DNA of 64,000 nucleotides from Giardia intestinalis (lineage: Eukaryota): NCBI GenBank assembly GCA_000002435.2, contig CM018793.1. One strand, given 5' to 3'. Position 1 is the stretch's first letter, and the number at the start of each line of letters is the position of its first letter. Positions 30,296 to 39,470 of the stretch are shown here, piece after piece. Under the pieces are notes generated by a model. The model saw only the letters and a list, made by a program, of their open reading frames with translations. It did not search any database and was not told the DNA's origin. Both the position numbers and the translations under genes were made by a program.

Positions 30296-32062
30296 GTGAT
30301 ATGCACAACAGCCAGTAACGGAGTATGCACTGCTTGTAATACAGCTAACGGCCTGTTCAAGAACCCAGCTACAGCACCGAAGTCTGGTAGTGAGTGCATC
30401 CTGTGCTGGGATACCAAGGGAGCAGATGGATATACGGGGGTGGCTAACTGCGCCACATGTACGGCACCAGCTAGTAGTCCAGGACCTGCCACGTGTACTG
30501 AGTGCAAGGCTGGGTACGTTACGAAGGACAGTGCATGTGAGAAGTGCCAAGGGAACTGTGCCACCTGTGAGACTGAGGCGACCCACTGTACCTCTTGTAA
30601 GGGAAATACGTTCCTGAAGACTGATACTAACACTTGCGTAGAGGCTGGTCAATGCACTGGAAATAAGTACCCCGACCCAAGCACCGGCAAGTGCACAGCT
30701 TGTAACGCTCAAGAAGTGGGGATAGATGGATGCGACACATGTGAGTATGATACGACGCTGCAGAAGCCGAAGTGCCTGACCTGTACTGGTAAGATAGTCA
30801 AGGAAGAGGCCGACGGGACGACCACCTGCATTGCTGAGGGGGCTTGTACCCAAAACGGGAACGATGGTCCGAACTTTCTAACTGAACCGAACAAAAAGTG
30901 CATTCTCTGCAATAACACTGCAGATTCAACCCCTGGCAATACAGGTGTTCTTGGTTGTAGCACATGCTCTAAAGCTAATTCTGGTACAAATCCTCAGTGC
31001 AAGACATGCCTCGACGGATACTACAATAGCGCAAATAGTGGTAGTGGTACCGCTACATGCACAGTCTGTGGCGAGAATTGCGCCACCTGCACTCAAGCTG
31101 GCAATAATCAGTGTACTAAATGCAAGCCTGGATTCTTCATGAAAGGCAGTGGTCCTACTGGTGAGTGCCTTCCTTGTGATAATGCACAGGAGGGCATCGA
31201 TGGGTGTGCTGAGTGCACTGGTCCTGCAGGGTCCCTCAAGTGTACTAAGTGCAAGCCTAACAGGAAGCCCGTTGGAACCTCAGACAACTATACATGCACA
31301 GAGAAGACCTGCGAGGATACAACGGCTTGTGGGGGTACCTCTGGTGCCTGTGATGCCATGATAATAGATGATAAGGGCAATGCAAAGCACTACTGTTCCT
31401 ACTGTGGGGATAGTACTAAGTTCCCCATTGATGGACTATGTGTCAGTACTGGTAGCAATGCAAATGGTAATACTTGTACCAGTCATACATGTACATCATG
31501 TGCTGCTAACTACTTCCTCTATATGAACGGCTGTTATAGTGTATCAGCTCAACCTGGCAACTACATGTGCAAGAAAGCAGATAATAATGGGATATGCACA
31601 GAGGCGGCCAACAATAAGTACTTCATAGTCCCAGGGGCATCCAATCAGAATCAGTCTGTACTAGCATGTGGTAACCCCCTAGGCACACTAGTAGATACTA
31701 AGGCATACGTGGGGGTCGAGGGCTGCTCTCAGTGTACAGCCCCGACAGCTCTAACAACAGCTGGCATGACCGCTGCTGTGTGTACCTCCTGTGACAGTGA
31801 TAGGAAGCCCAACAAGGATGGTACTGGGTGTGTGCTGTGCTCTGACACCAACTGCAAGAGCTGTGTGATGGACGGTGTGTGTGAGGAGTGCAACAGTGGC
31901 TTCAGCCTAGACAGCAGTGGGGCCTCCTGTGTGTCCTCTGGCGCCAACAGGAGCGGGCTCTCCACGGGGGCCATCGCGGGGATCTCCGTCGCCGTGGTCG
32001 TCGTCGTGGGGGGCCTCGTGGGCTTCTTGTGTTGGTGGTTTGTGTGTAGAGGGAAGGCGTAG
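30296..32062 (+). CDS. VSP-family cassette, array unit 2 (588 codons; ectodomain+TM+CRGKA; lacks start codon context and signal peptide)
   Basis: The ORF begins MICTTASNGVCTACNT, about 100 codons into a VSP, directly after the 68-bp spacer. Many CxxC pairs, YFLYMNGCY. Ends GISVAVVVVVGGLVGFLCWWFVCRGKA, then TAG and AGTGAAT. Unique variants: CEDTT, NNTAD. Confidence 0.8.
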   Translation: MICTTASNGVCTACNTANGLFKNPATAPKSGSECILCWDTKGADGYTGVANCATCTAPASSPGPATCTECKAGYVTKDSACEKCQGNCATCETEATHCTSCKGNTFLKTDTNTCVEAGQCTGNKYPDPSTGKCTACNAQEVGIDGCDTCEYDTTLQKPKCLTCTGKIVKEEADGTTTCIAEGACTQNGNDGPNFLTEPNKKCILCNNTADSTPGNTGVLGCSTCSKANSGTNPQCKTCLDGYYNSANSGSGTATCTVCGENCATCTQAGNNQCTKCKPGFFMKGSGPTGECLPCDNAQEGIDGCAECTGPAGSLKCTKCKPNRKPVGTSDNYTCTEKTCEDTTACGGTSGACDAMIIDDKGNAKHYCSYCGDSTKFPIDGLCVSTGSNANGNTCTSHTCTSCAANYFLYMNGCYSVSAQPGNYMCKKADNNGICTEAANNKYFIVPGASNQNQSVLACGNPLGTLVDTKAYVGVEGCSQCTAPTALTTAGMTAAVCTSCDSDRKPNKDGTGCVLCSDTNCKSCVMDGVCEECNSGFSLDSSGASCVSSGANRSGLSTGAIAGISVAVVVVVGGLVGFLCWWFVCRGKA

Positions 32063-32130
32063 GTACTTAGGTAGTGAATGCTATGAGTGATGATAATGGG
32101 TGATAGTGGGTGATAGTATGATAGTGGAGT

Positions 32131-33897
32131 GTGATATGCACAACAGCCAGTAACGGAGTATGCACTGCTTGTAATACAGCTAACGGCCTGTTCAAGAACC
32201 CAGCTACAGCACCGAAGTCTGGTAGTGAGTGCATCCTGTGCTGGGATACCAAGGGAGCAGATGGATATACGGGGGTGGCTAACTGCGCCACATGTACGGC
32301 ACCAGCTAGTAGTCCAGGACCTGCCACGTGTACTGAGTGCAAGGCTGGGTACGTTACGAAGGACAGTGCATGTGAGAAGTGCCAAGGGAACTGTGCCACC
32401 TGTGAGACTGAGGCGACCCACTGTACCTCTTGTAAGGGAAATACGTTCCTGAAGACTGATACTAACACTTGCGTAGAGGCTGGTCAATGCACTGGAAATA
32501 AGTACCCCGACCCAAGCACCGGCAAGTGCACAGCTTGTAACGCTCAAGAAGTGGGGATAGATGGATGCGACACATGTGAGTATGATACGACGCTGCAGAA
32601 GCCGAAGTGCCTGACCTGTACTGGTAAGATAGTCAAGGAAGAGGCCGACGGGACGACCACCTGCATTGCTGAGGGGGCTTGTACCCAAAACGGGAACGAT
32701 GGTCCGAACTTTCTAACTGAACCGAACAAAAAGTGCATTCTCTGCAGTAATAATGTAGATTCAACCCCTGGCAATACAGGTGTTCTTGGTTGTAGCACAT
32801 GCTCTAAAGCTAATTCTGGTACAAATCCTCAGTGCAAGACATGCCTCGACGGATACTACAATAGCGCAAATAGTGGTAGTGGTACCGCTACATGCACAGT
32901 CTGTGGCGAGAATTGCGCCACCTGCACTCAAGCTGGCAATAATCAGTGTACTAAATGCAAGCCTGGATTCTTCATGAAAGGCAGTGGTCCTACTGGTGAG
33001 TGCCTTCCTTGTGATAATGCACAGGAGGGCATCGATGGGTGTGCTGAGTGCACTGGTCCTGCAGGGTCCCTCAAGTGTACTAAGTGCAAGCCTAACAGGA
33101 AGCCCGTTGGAACCTCAGACAACTATACATGCACAGAGAAGACCTGCGAGGATGAGACTGCGTGTGGGGGTACCTCTGGTGCCTGTGATGCCATGATAAT
33201 AGATGATAAGGGCAATGCAAAGCACTACTGTTCCTACTGTGGGGATAGTACTAAGTTCCCCATTGATGGACTATGTGTCAGTACTGGTAGCAATGCAAAT
33301 GGTAATACTTGTACCAGTCATACATGTACATCATGTGCTGCTAACTACTTCCTCTATATGAACGGCTGTTATAGTGTATCAGCTCAACCTGGCAACTACA
33401 TGTGCAAGAAAGCAGATAATAATGGGATATGCACAGAGGCGGCCAACAATAAGTACTTCATAGTCCCAGGGGCATCCAATCAGAATCAGTCTGTACTAGC
33501 ATGTGGTAACCCCCTAGGCACACTAGTAGATACTAAGGCATACGTGGGGGTCGAGGGCTGCTCTCAGTGTACAGCCCCGACAGCTCTAACAACAGCTGGC
33601 ATGACCGCTGCTGTGTGTACCTCCTGTGACAGTGATAGGAAGCCCAACAAGGATGGTACTGGGTGTGTGCTGTGCTCTGACACCAACTGCAAGAGCTGTG
33701 TGATGGACGGTGTGTGTGAGGAGTGCAACAGTGGCTTCAGCCTAGACAGCAGTGGGGCCTCCTGTGTGTCCTCTGGCGCCAACAGGAGCGGGCTCTCCAC
33801 GGGGGCCATCGCGGGGATCTCCGTCGCCGTGGTCGTCGTCGTGGGGGGCCTCGTGGGCTTCTTGTGTTGGTGGTTTGTGTGTAGAGGGAAGGCGTAG
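32131..33897 (+). CDS. VSP-family cassette, array unit 3 (signal-peptide-less)
   Basis: Over 99% identical to unit 2. Carries the SNNVD patch and CEDET. Same TM+CRGKA end. Confidence 0.8.
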   Translation: MICTTASNGVCTACNTANGLFKNPATAPKSGSECILCWDTKGADGYTGVANCATCTAPASSPGPATCTECKAGYVTKDSACEKCQGNCATCETEATHCTSCKGNTFLKTDTNTCVEAGQCTGNKYPDPSTGKCTACNAQEVGIDGCDTCEYDTTLQKPKCLTCTGKIVKEEADGTTTCIAEGACTQNGNDGPNFLTEPNKKCILCSNNVDSTPGNTGVLGCSTCSKANSGTNPQCKTCLDGYYNSANSGSGTATCTVCGENCATCTQAGNNQCTKCKPGFFMKGSGPTGECLPCDNAQEGIDGCAECTGPAGSLKCTKCKPNRKPVGTSDNYTCTEKTCEDETACGGTSGACDAMIIDDKGNAKHYCSYCGDSTKFPIDGLCVSTGSNANGNTCTSHTCTSCAANYFLYMNGCYSVSAQPGNYMCKKADNNGICTEAANNKYFIVPGASNQNQSVLACGNPLGTLVDTKAYVGVEGCSQCTAPTALTTAGMTAAVCTSCDSDRKPNKDGTGCVLCSDTNCKSCVMDGVCEECNSGFSLDSSGASCVSSGANRSGLSTGAIAGISVAVVVVVGGLVGFLCWWFVCRGKA

Positions 33898-33965
33898 GTA
33901 CTTAGGTAGTGAATGCTATGAGTGATGATAATGGGTGATAGTGGGTGATAGTATGATAGTGGAGT

Positions 33966-35732
33966 GTGATATGCACAACAGCCAGTAACGGAGTATGCAC
34001 TGCTTGTAATACAGCTAACGGCCTGTTCAAGAACCCAGCTACAGCACCGAAGTCTGGTAGTGAGTGCATCCTGTGCTGGGATACCAAGGGAGCAGATGGA
34101 TATACGGGGGTGGCTAACTGCGCCACATGTACGGCACCAGCTAGTAGTCCAGGACCTGCCACGTGTACTGAGTGCAAGGCTGGGTACGTTACGAAGGACA
34201 GTGCATGTGAGAAGTGCCAAGGGAACTGTGCCACCTGTGAGACTGAGGCGACCCACTGTACCTCTTGTAAGGGAAATACGTTCCTGAAGACTGATACTAA
34301 CACTTGCGTAGAGGCTGGTCAATGCACTGGAAATAAGTACCCCGACCCAAGCACCGGCAAGTGCACAGCTTGTAACGCTCAAGAAGTGGGGATAGATGGA
34401 TGCGACACATGTGAGTATGATACGACGCTGCAGAAGCCGAAGTGCCTGACCTGTACTGGTAAGATAGTCAAGGAAGAGGCCGACGGGACGACCACCTGCA
34501 TTGCTGAGGGGGCTTGTACCCAAAACGGGAACGATGGTCCGAACTTTCTAACTGAACCGAACAAAAAGTGCATTCTCTGCAATAACACTGCAGATTCAAC
34601 CCCTGGCAATACAGGTGTTCTTGGTTGTAGCACATGCTCTAAAGCTAATTCTGGTACAAATCCTCAGTGCAAGACATGCCTCGACGGATACTACAATAGC
34701 GCAAATAGTGGTAGTGGTACCGCTACATGCACAGTCTGTGGCGAGAATTGCGCCACCTGCACTCAAGCTGGCAATAATCAGTGTACTAAATGCAAGCCTG
34801 GATTCTTCATGAAAGGCAGTGGTCCTACTGGTGAGTGCCTTCCTTGTGATAATGCACAGGAGGGCATCGATGGATGTGCTGAGTGCACTGGTCCTGCAGG
34901 ATCCCTCAAGTGTACAAAGTGCAAGCCTAACAGGAAGCCCGTTGGAACCTCAGACAACTATACATGCACAGAGAAGACCTGCGAGGATGAGACTGCGTGT
35001 GGGGGTACCTCTGGTGCCTGTGATGCCATGATAATAGATGATAAGGGCAATGCAAAGCACTACTGTTCCTACTGTGGGGATAGTACTAAGTTCCCCATTG
35101 ATGGACTATGTGTCAGTACTGGTAGCAATGCAAATGGTAATACTTGTACCAGTCATACATGTACATCATGTGCTGCTAACTACTTCCTCTATATGAACGG
35201 CTGTTATAGTGTATCAGCTCAACCTGGCAACTACATGTGCAAGAAAGCAGATAATAATGGGATATGCACAGAGGCGGCCAACAATAAGTACTTCATAGTC
35301 CCAGGGGCATCCAATCAGAATCAGTCTGTACTAGCATGTGGTAACCCCCTAGGCACACTAGTAGATACTAAGGCATACGTGGGGGTCGAGGGCTGCTCTC
35401 AGTGTACAGCCCCGACAGCTCTAACAACAGCTGGCATGACCGCTGCTGTGTGTACCTCCTGTGACAGTGATAGGAAGCCCAACAAGGATGGTACTGGGTG
35501 TGTGCTGTGCTCTGACACCAACTGCAAGAGCTGTGTGATGGACGGTGTGTGTGAGGAGTGCAACAGTGGCTTCAGCCTAGACAGCAGTGGGGCCTCCTGT
35601 GTGTCCTCTGGCGCCAACAGGAGCGGGCTCTCCACGGGGGCCATCGCGGGGATCTCCGTCGCCGTGGTCGTCGTCGTGGGGGGCCTCGTGGGCTTCTTGT
35701 GTTGGTGGTTTGTGTGTAGAGGGAAGGCGTAG
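33966..35732 (+). CDS. VSP-family cassette, array unit 4 (signal-peptide-less)
   Basis: Near-identical unit: NNTAD patch, CEDET, and the second synonymous-SNP haplotype around unit position ~920. Confidence 0.8.
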   Translation: MICTTASNGVCTACNTANGLFKNPATAPKSGSECILCWDTKGADGYTGVANCATCTAPASSPGPATCTECKAGYVTKDSACEKCQGNCATCETEATHCTSCKGNTFLKTDTNTCVEAGQCTGNKYPDPSTGKCTACNAQEVGIDGCDTCEYDTTLQKPKCLTCTGKIVKEEADGTTTCIAEGACTQNGNDGPNFLTEPNKKCILCNNTADSTPGNTGVLGCSTCSKANSGTNPQCKTCLDGYYNSANSGSGTATCTVCGENCATCTQAGNNQCTKCKPGFFMKGSGPTGECLPCDNAQEGIDGCAECTGPAGSLKCTKCKPNRKPVGTSDNYTCTEKTCEDETACGGTSGACDAMIIDDKGNAKHYCSYCGDSTKFPIDGLCVSTGSNANGNTCTSHTCTSCAANYFLYMNGCYSVSAQPGNYMCKKADNNGICTEAANNKYFIVPGASNQNQSVLACGNPLGTLVDTKAYVGVEGCSQCTAPTALTTAGMTAAVCTSCDSDRKPNKDGTGCVLCSDTNCKSCVMDGVCEECNSGFSLDSSGASCVSSGANRSGLSTGAIAGISVAVVVVVGGLVGFLCWWFVCRGKA

Positions 35733-35800
35733 GTACTTAGGTAGTGAATGCTATGAGTGATGATAATGGGTGATAGTGGGTGATAGTATGATAGTGGAGT

Positions 35801-37567
35801 GTGATATGCACAACAGCCAGTAACGGAGTATGCACTGCTTGTAATACAGCTAACGGCCTGTTCAAGAACCCAGCTACAGCACCGAAGTCTGGTAGTGAGT
35901 GCATCCTGTGCTGGGATACCAAGGGAGCAGATGGATATACGGGGGTGGCTAACTGCGCCACATGTACGGCACCAGCTAGTAGTCCAGGACCTGCCACGTG
36001 TACTGAGTGCAAGGCTGGGTACGTTACGAAGGACAGTGCATGTGAGAAGTGCCAAGGGAACTGTGCCACCTGTGAGACTGAGGCGACCCACTGTACCTCT
36101 TGTAAGGGAAATACGTTCCTGAAGACTGATACTAACACTTGCGTAGAGGCTGGTCAATGCACTGGAAATAAGTACCCCGACCCAAGCACCGGCAAGTGCA
36201 CAGCTTGTAACGCTCAAGAAGTGGGGATAGATGGATGCGACACATGTGAGTATGATACGACGCTGCAGAAGCCGAAGTGCCTGACCTGTACTGGTAAGAT
36301 AGTCAAGGAAGAGGCCGACGGGACGACCACCTGCATTGCTGAGGGGGCTTGTACCCAAAACGGGAACGATGGTCCGAACTTTCTAACTGAACCGAACAAA
36401 AAGTGCATTCTCTGCAATAACACTGCAGATTCAACCCCTGGCAATACAGGTGTTCTTGGTTGTAGCACATGCTCTAAAGCTAATTCTGGTACAAATCCTC
36501 AGTGCAAGACATGCCTCGACGGATACTACAATAGCGCAAATAGTGGTAGTGGTACCGCTACATGCACAGTCTGTGGCGAGAATTGCGCCACCTGCACTCA
36601 AGCTGGCAATAATCAGTGTACTAAATGCAAGCCTGGATTCTTCATGAAAGGCAGTGGTCCTACTGGTGAGTGCCTTCCTTGTGATAATGCACAGGAGGGC
36701 ATCGATGGATGTGCTGAGTGCACTGGTCCTGCAGGATCCCTCAAGTGTACAAAGTGCAAGCCTAACAGGAAGCCCGTTGGAACCTCAGACAACTATACAT
36801 GCACAGAGAAGACCTGCGAGGATGAGACTGCGTGTGGGGGTACCTCTGGTGCCTGTGATGCCATGATAATAGATGATAAGGGCAATGCAAAGCACTACTG
36901 TTCCTACTGTGGGGATAGTACTAAGTTCCCCATTGATGGACTATGTGTCAGTACTGGTAGCAATGCAAATGGTAATACTTGTACCAGTCATACATGTACA
37001 TCATGTGCTGCTAACTACTTCCTCTATATGAACGGCTGTTATAGTGTATCAGCTCAACCTGGCAACTACATGTGCAAGAAAGCAGATAATAATGGGATAT
37101 GCACAGAGGCGGCCAACAATAAGTACTTCATAGTCCCAGGGGCATCCAATCAGAATCAGTCTGTACTAGCATGTGGTAACCCCCTAGGCACACTAGTAGA
37201 TACTAAGGCATACGTGGGGGTCGAGGGCTGCTCTCAGTGTACAGCCCCGACAGCTCTAACAACAGCTGGCATGACCGCTGCTGTGTGTACCTCCTGTGAC
37301 AGTGATAGGAAGCCCAACAAGGATGGTACTGGGTGTGTGCTGTGCTCTGACACCAACTGCAAGAGCTGTGTGATGGACGGTGTGTGTGAGGAGTGCAACA
37401 GTGGCTTCAGCCTAGACAGCAGTGGGGCCTCCTGTGTGTCCTCTGGCGCCAACAGGAGCGGGCTCTCCACGGGGGCCATCGCGGGGATCTCCGTCGCCGT
37501 GGTCGTCGTCGTGGGGGGCCTCGTGGGCTTCTTGTGTTGGTGGTTTGTGTGTAGAGGGAAGGCGTAG
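35801..37567 (+). CDS. VSP-family cassette, array unit 5 (signal-peptide-less)
   Basis: Indistinguishable from unit 4 at the protein level. Confidence 0.8.
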   Translation: MICTTASNGVCTACNTANGLFKNPATAPKSGSECILCWDTKGADGYTGVANCATCTAPASSPGPATCTECKAGYVTKDSACEKCQGNCATCETEATHCTSCKGNTFLKTDTNTCVEAGQCTGNKYPDPSTGKCTACNAQEVGIDGCDTCEYDTTLQKPKCLTCTGKIVKEEADGTTTCIAEGACTQNGNDGPNFLTEPNKKCILCNNTADSTPGNTGVLGCSTCSKANSGTNPQCKTCLDGYYNSANSGSGTATCTVCGENCATCTQAGNNQCTKCKPGFFMKGSGPTGECLPCDNAQEGIDGCAECTGPAGSLKCTKCKPNRKPVGTSDNYTCTEKTCEDETACGGTSGACDAMIIDDKGNAKHYCSYCGDSTKFPIDGLCVSTGSNANGNTCTSHTCTSCAANYFLYMNGCYSVSAQPGNYMCKKADNNGICTEAANNKYFIVPGASNQNQSVLACGNPLGTLVDTKAYVGVEGCSQCTAPTALTTAGMTAAVCTSCDSDRKPNKDGTGCVLCSDTNCKSCVMDGVCEECNSGFSLDSSGASCVSSGANRSGLSTGAIAGISVAVVVVVGGLVGFLCWWFVCRGKA

Positions 37568-37635
37568 GTACTTAGGTAGTGAATGCTATGAGTGATGATA
37601 ATGGGTGATAGTGGGTGATAGTATGATAGTGGAGT

Positions 37636-39402
37636 GTGATATGCACAACAGCCAGTAACGGAGTATGCACTGCTTGTAATACAGCTAACGGCCTGTTCAA
37701 GAACCCAGCTACAGCACCGAAGTCTGGTAGTGAGTGCATCCTGTGCTGGGATACCAAGGGAGCAGATGGATATACGGGGGTGGCTAACTGCGCCACATGT
37801 ACGGCACCAGCTAGTAGTCCAGGACCTGCCACGTGTACTGAGTGCAAGGCTGGGTACGTTACGAAGGACAGTGCATGTGAGAAGTGCCAAGGGAACTGTG
37901 CCACCTGTGAGACTGAGGCGACCCACTGTACCTCTTGTAAGGGAAATACGTTCCTGAAGACTGATACTAACACTTGCGTAGAGGCTGGTCAATGCACTGG
38001 AAATAAGTACCCCGACCCAAGCACCGGCAAGTGCACAGCTTGTAACGCTCAAGAAGTGGGGATAGATGGATGCGACACATGTGAGTATGATACGACGCTG
38101 CAGAAGCCGAAGTGCCTGACCTGTACTGGTAAGATAGTCAAGGAAGAGGCCGACGGGACGACCACCTGCATTGCTGAGGGGGCTTGTACCCAAAACGGGA
38201 ACGATGGTCCGAACTTTCTAACTGAACCGAACAAAAAGTGCATTCTCTGCAGTAATAATGTAGATTCAACCCCTGGCAATACAGGTGTTCTTGGTTGTAG
38301 CACATGCTCTAAAGCTAATTCTGGTACAAATCCTCAGTGCAAGACATGCCTCGACGGATACTACAATAGCGCAAATAGTGGTAGTGGTACCGCTACATGC
38401 ACAGTCTGTGGCGAGAATTGCGCCACCTGCACTCAAGCTGGCAATAATCAGTGTACTAAATGCAAGCCTGGATTCTTCATGAAAGGCAGTGGTCCTACTG
38501 GTGAGTGCCTTCCTTGTGATAATGCACAGGAGGGCATCGATGGATGTGCTGAGTGCACTGGTCCTGCAGGATCCCTCAAGTGTACAAAGTGCAAGCCTAA
38601 CAGGAAGCCCGTTGGAACCTCAGACAACTATACATGCACAGAGAAGACCTGCGAGGATGAGACTGCGTGTGGGGGTACCTCTGGTGCCTGTGATGCCATG
38701 ATAATAGATGATAAGGGCAATGCAAAGCACTACTGTTCCTACTGTGGGGATAGTACTAAGTTCCCCATTGATGGACTATGTGTCAGTACTGGTAGCAATG
38801 CAAATGGTAATACTTGTACCAGTCATACATGTACATCATGTGCTGCTAACTACTTCCTCTATATGAACGGCTGTTATAGTGTATCAGCTCAACCTGGCAA
38901 CTACATGTGCAAGAAAGCAGATAATAATGGGATATGCACAGAGGCGGCCAACAATAAGTACTTCATAGTCCCAGGGGCATCCAATCAGAATCAGTCTGTA
39001 CTAGCATGTGGTAACCCCCTAGGCACACTAGTAGATACTAAGGCATACGTGGGGGTCGAGGGCTGCTCTCAGTGTACAGCCCCGACAGCTCTAACAACAG
39101 CTGGCATGACCGCTGCTGTGTGTACCTCCTGTGACAGTGATAGGAAGCCCAACAAGGATGGTACTGGGTGTGTGCTGTGCTCTGACACCAACTGCAAGAG
39201 CTGTGTGATGGACGGTGTGTGTGAGGAGTGCAACAGTGGCTTCAGCCTAGACAGCAGTGGGGCCTCCTGTGTGTCCTCTGGCGCCAACAGGAGCGGGCTC
39301 TCCACGGGGGCCATCGCGGGGATCTCCGTCGCCGTGGTCGTCGTCGTGGGGGGCCTCGTGGGCTTCTTGTGTTGGTGGTTTGTGTGTAGAGGGAAGGCGT
39401 AG
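37636..39402 (+). CDS. VSP-family cassette, array unit 6 (signal-peptide-less)
   Basis: Unit-4-type background but carrying the SNNVD patch seen in unit 3. Confidence 0.8.
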   Translation: MICTTASNGVCTACNTANGLFKNPATAPKSGSECILCWDTKGADGYTGVANCATCTAPASSPGPATCTECKAGYVTKDSACEKCQGNCATCETEATHCTSCKGNTFLKTDTNTCVEAGQCTGNKYPDPSTGKCTACNAQEVGIDGCDTCEYDTTLQKPKCLTCTGKIVKEEADGTTTCIAEGACTQNGNDGPNFLTEPNKKCILCSNNVDSTPGNTGVLGCSTCSKANSGTNPQCKTCLDGYYNSANSGSGTATCTVCGENCATCTQAGNNQCTKCKPGFFMKGSGPTGECLPCDNAQEGIDGCAECTGPAGSLKCTKCKPNRKPVGTSDNYTCTEKTCEDETACGGTSGACDAMIIDDKGNAKHYCSYCGDSTKFPIDGLCVSTGSNANGNTCTSHTCTSCAANYFLYMNGCYSVSAQPGNYMCKKADNNGICTEAANNKYFIVPGASNQNQSVLACGNPLGTLVDTKAYVGVEGCSQCTAPTALTTAGMTAAVCTSCDSDRKPNKDGTGCVLCSDTNCKSCVMDGVCEECNSGFSLDSSGASCVSSGANRSGLSTGAIAGISVAVVVVVGGLVGFLCWWFVCRGKA

Positions 39403-39470
39403 GTACTTAGGTAGTGAATGCTATGAGTGATGATAATGGGTGATAGTGGGTGATAGTATGATAGTGGAGT

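Noticed and set aside
30225-30310. Reading the 68-bp inter-cassette spacer as a Giardia cis-intron that would fuse successive cassettes into one giant ORF
   Set aside because: The spacer begins G|GTACTT right at the TAG, but lacks the conserved Giardia 3' branch/acceptor motif (CTRACACACAG). The upstream unit ends with a complete TM+CRGKA+stop+poly(A) signal, i.e. a finished gene end.
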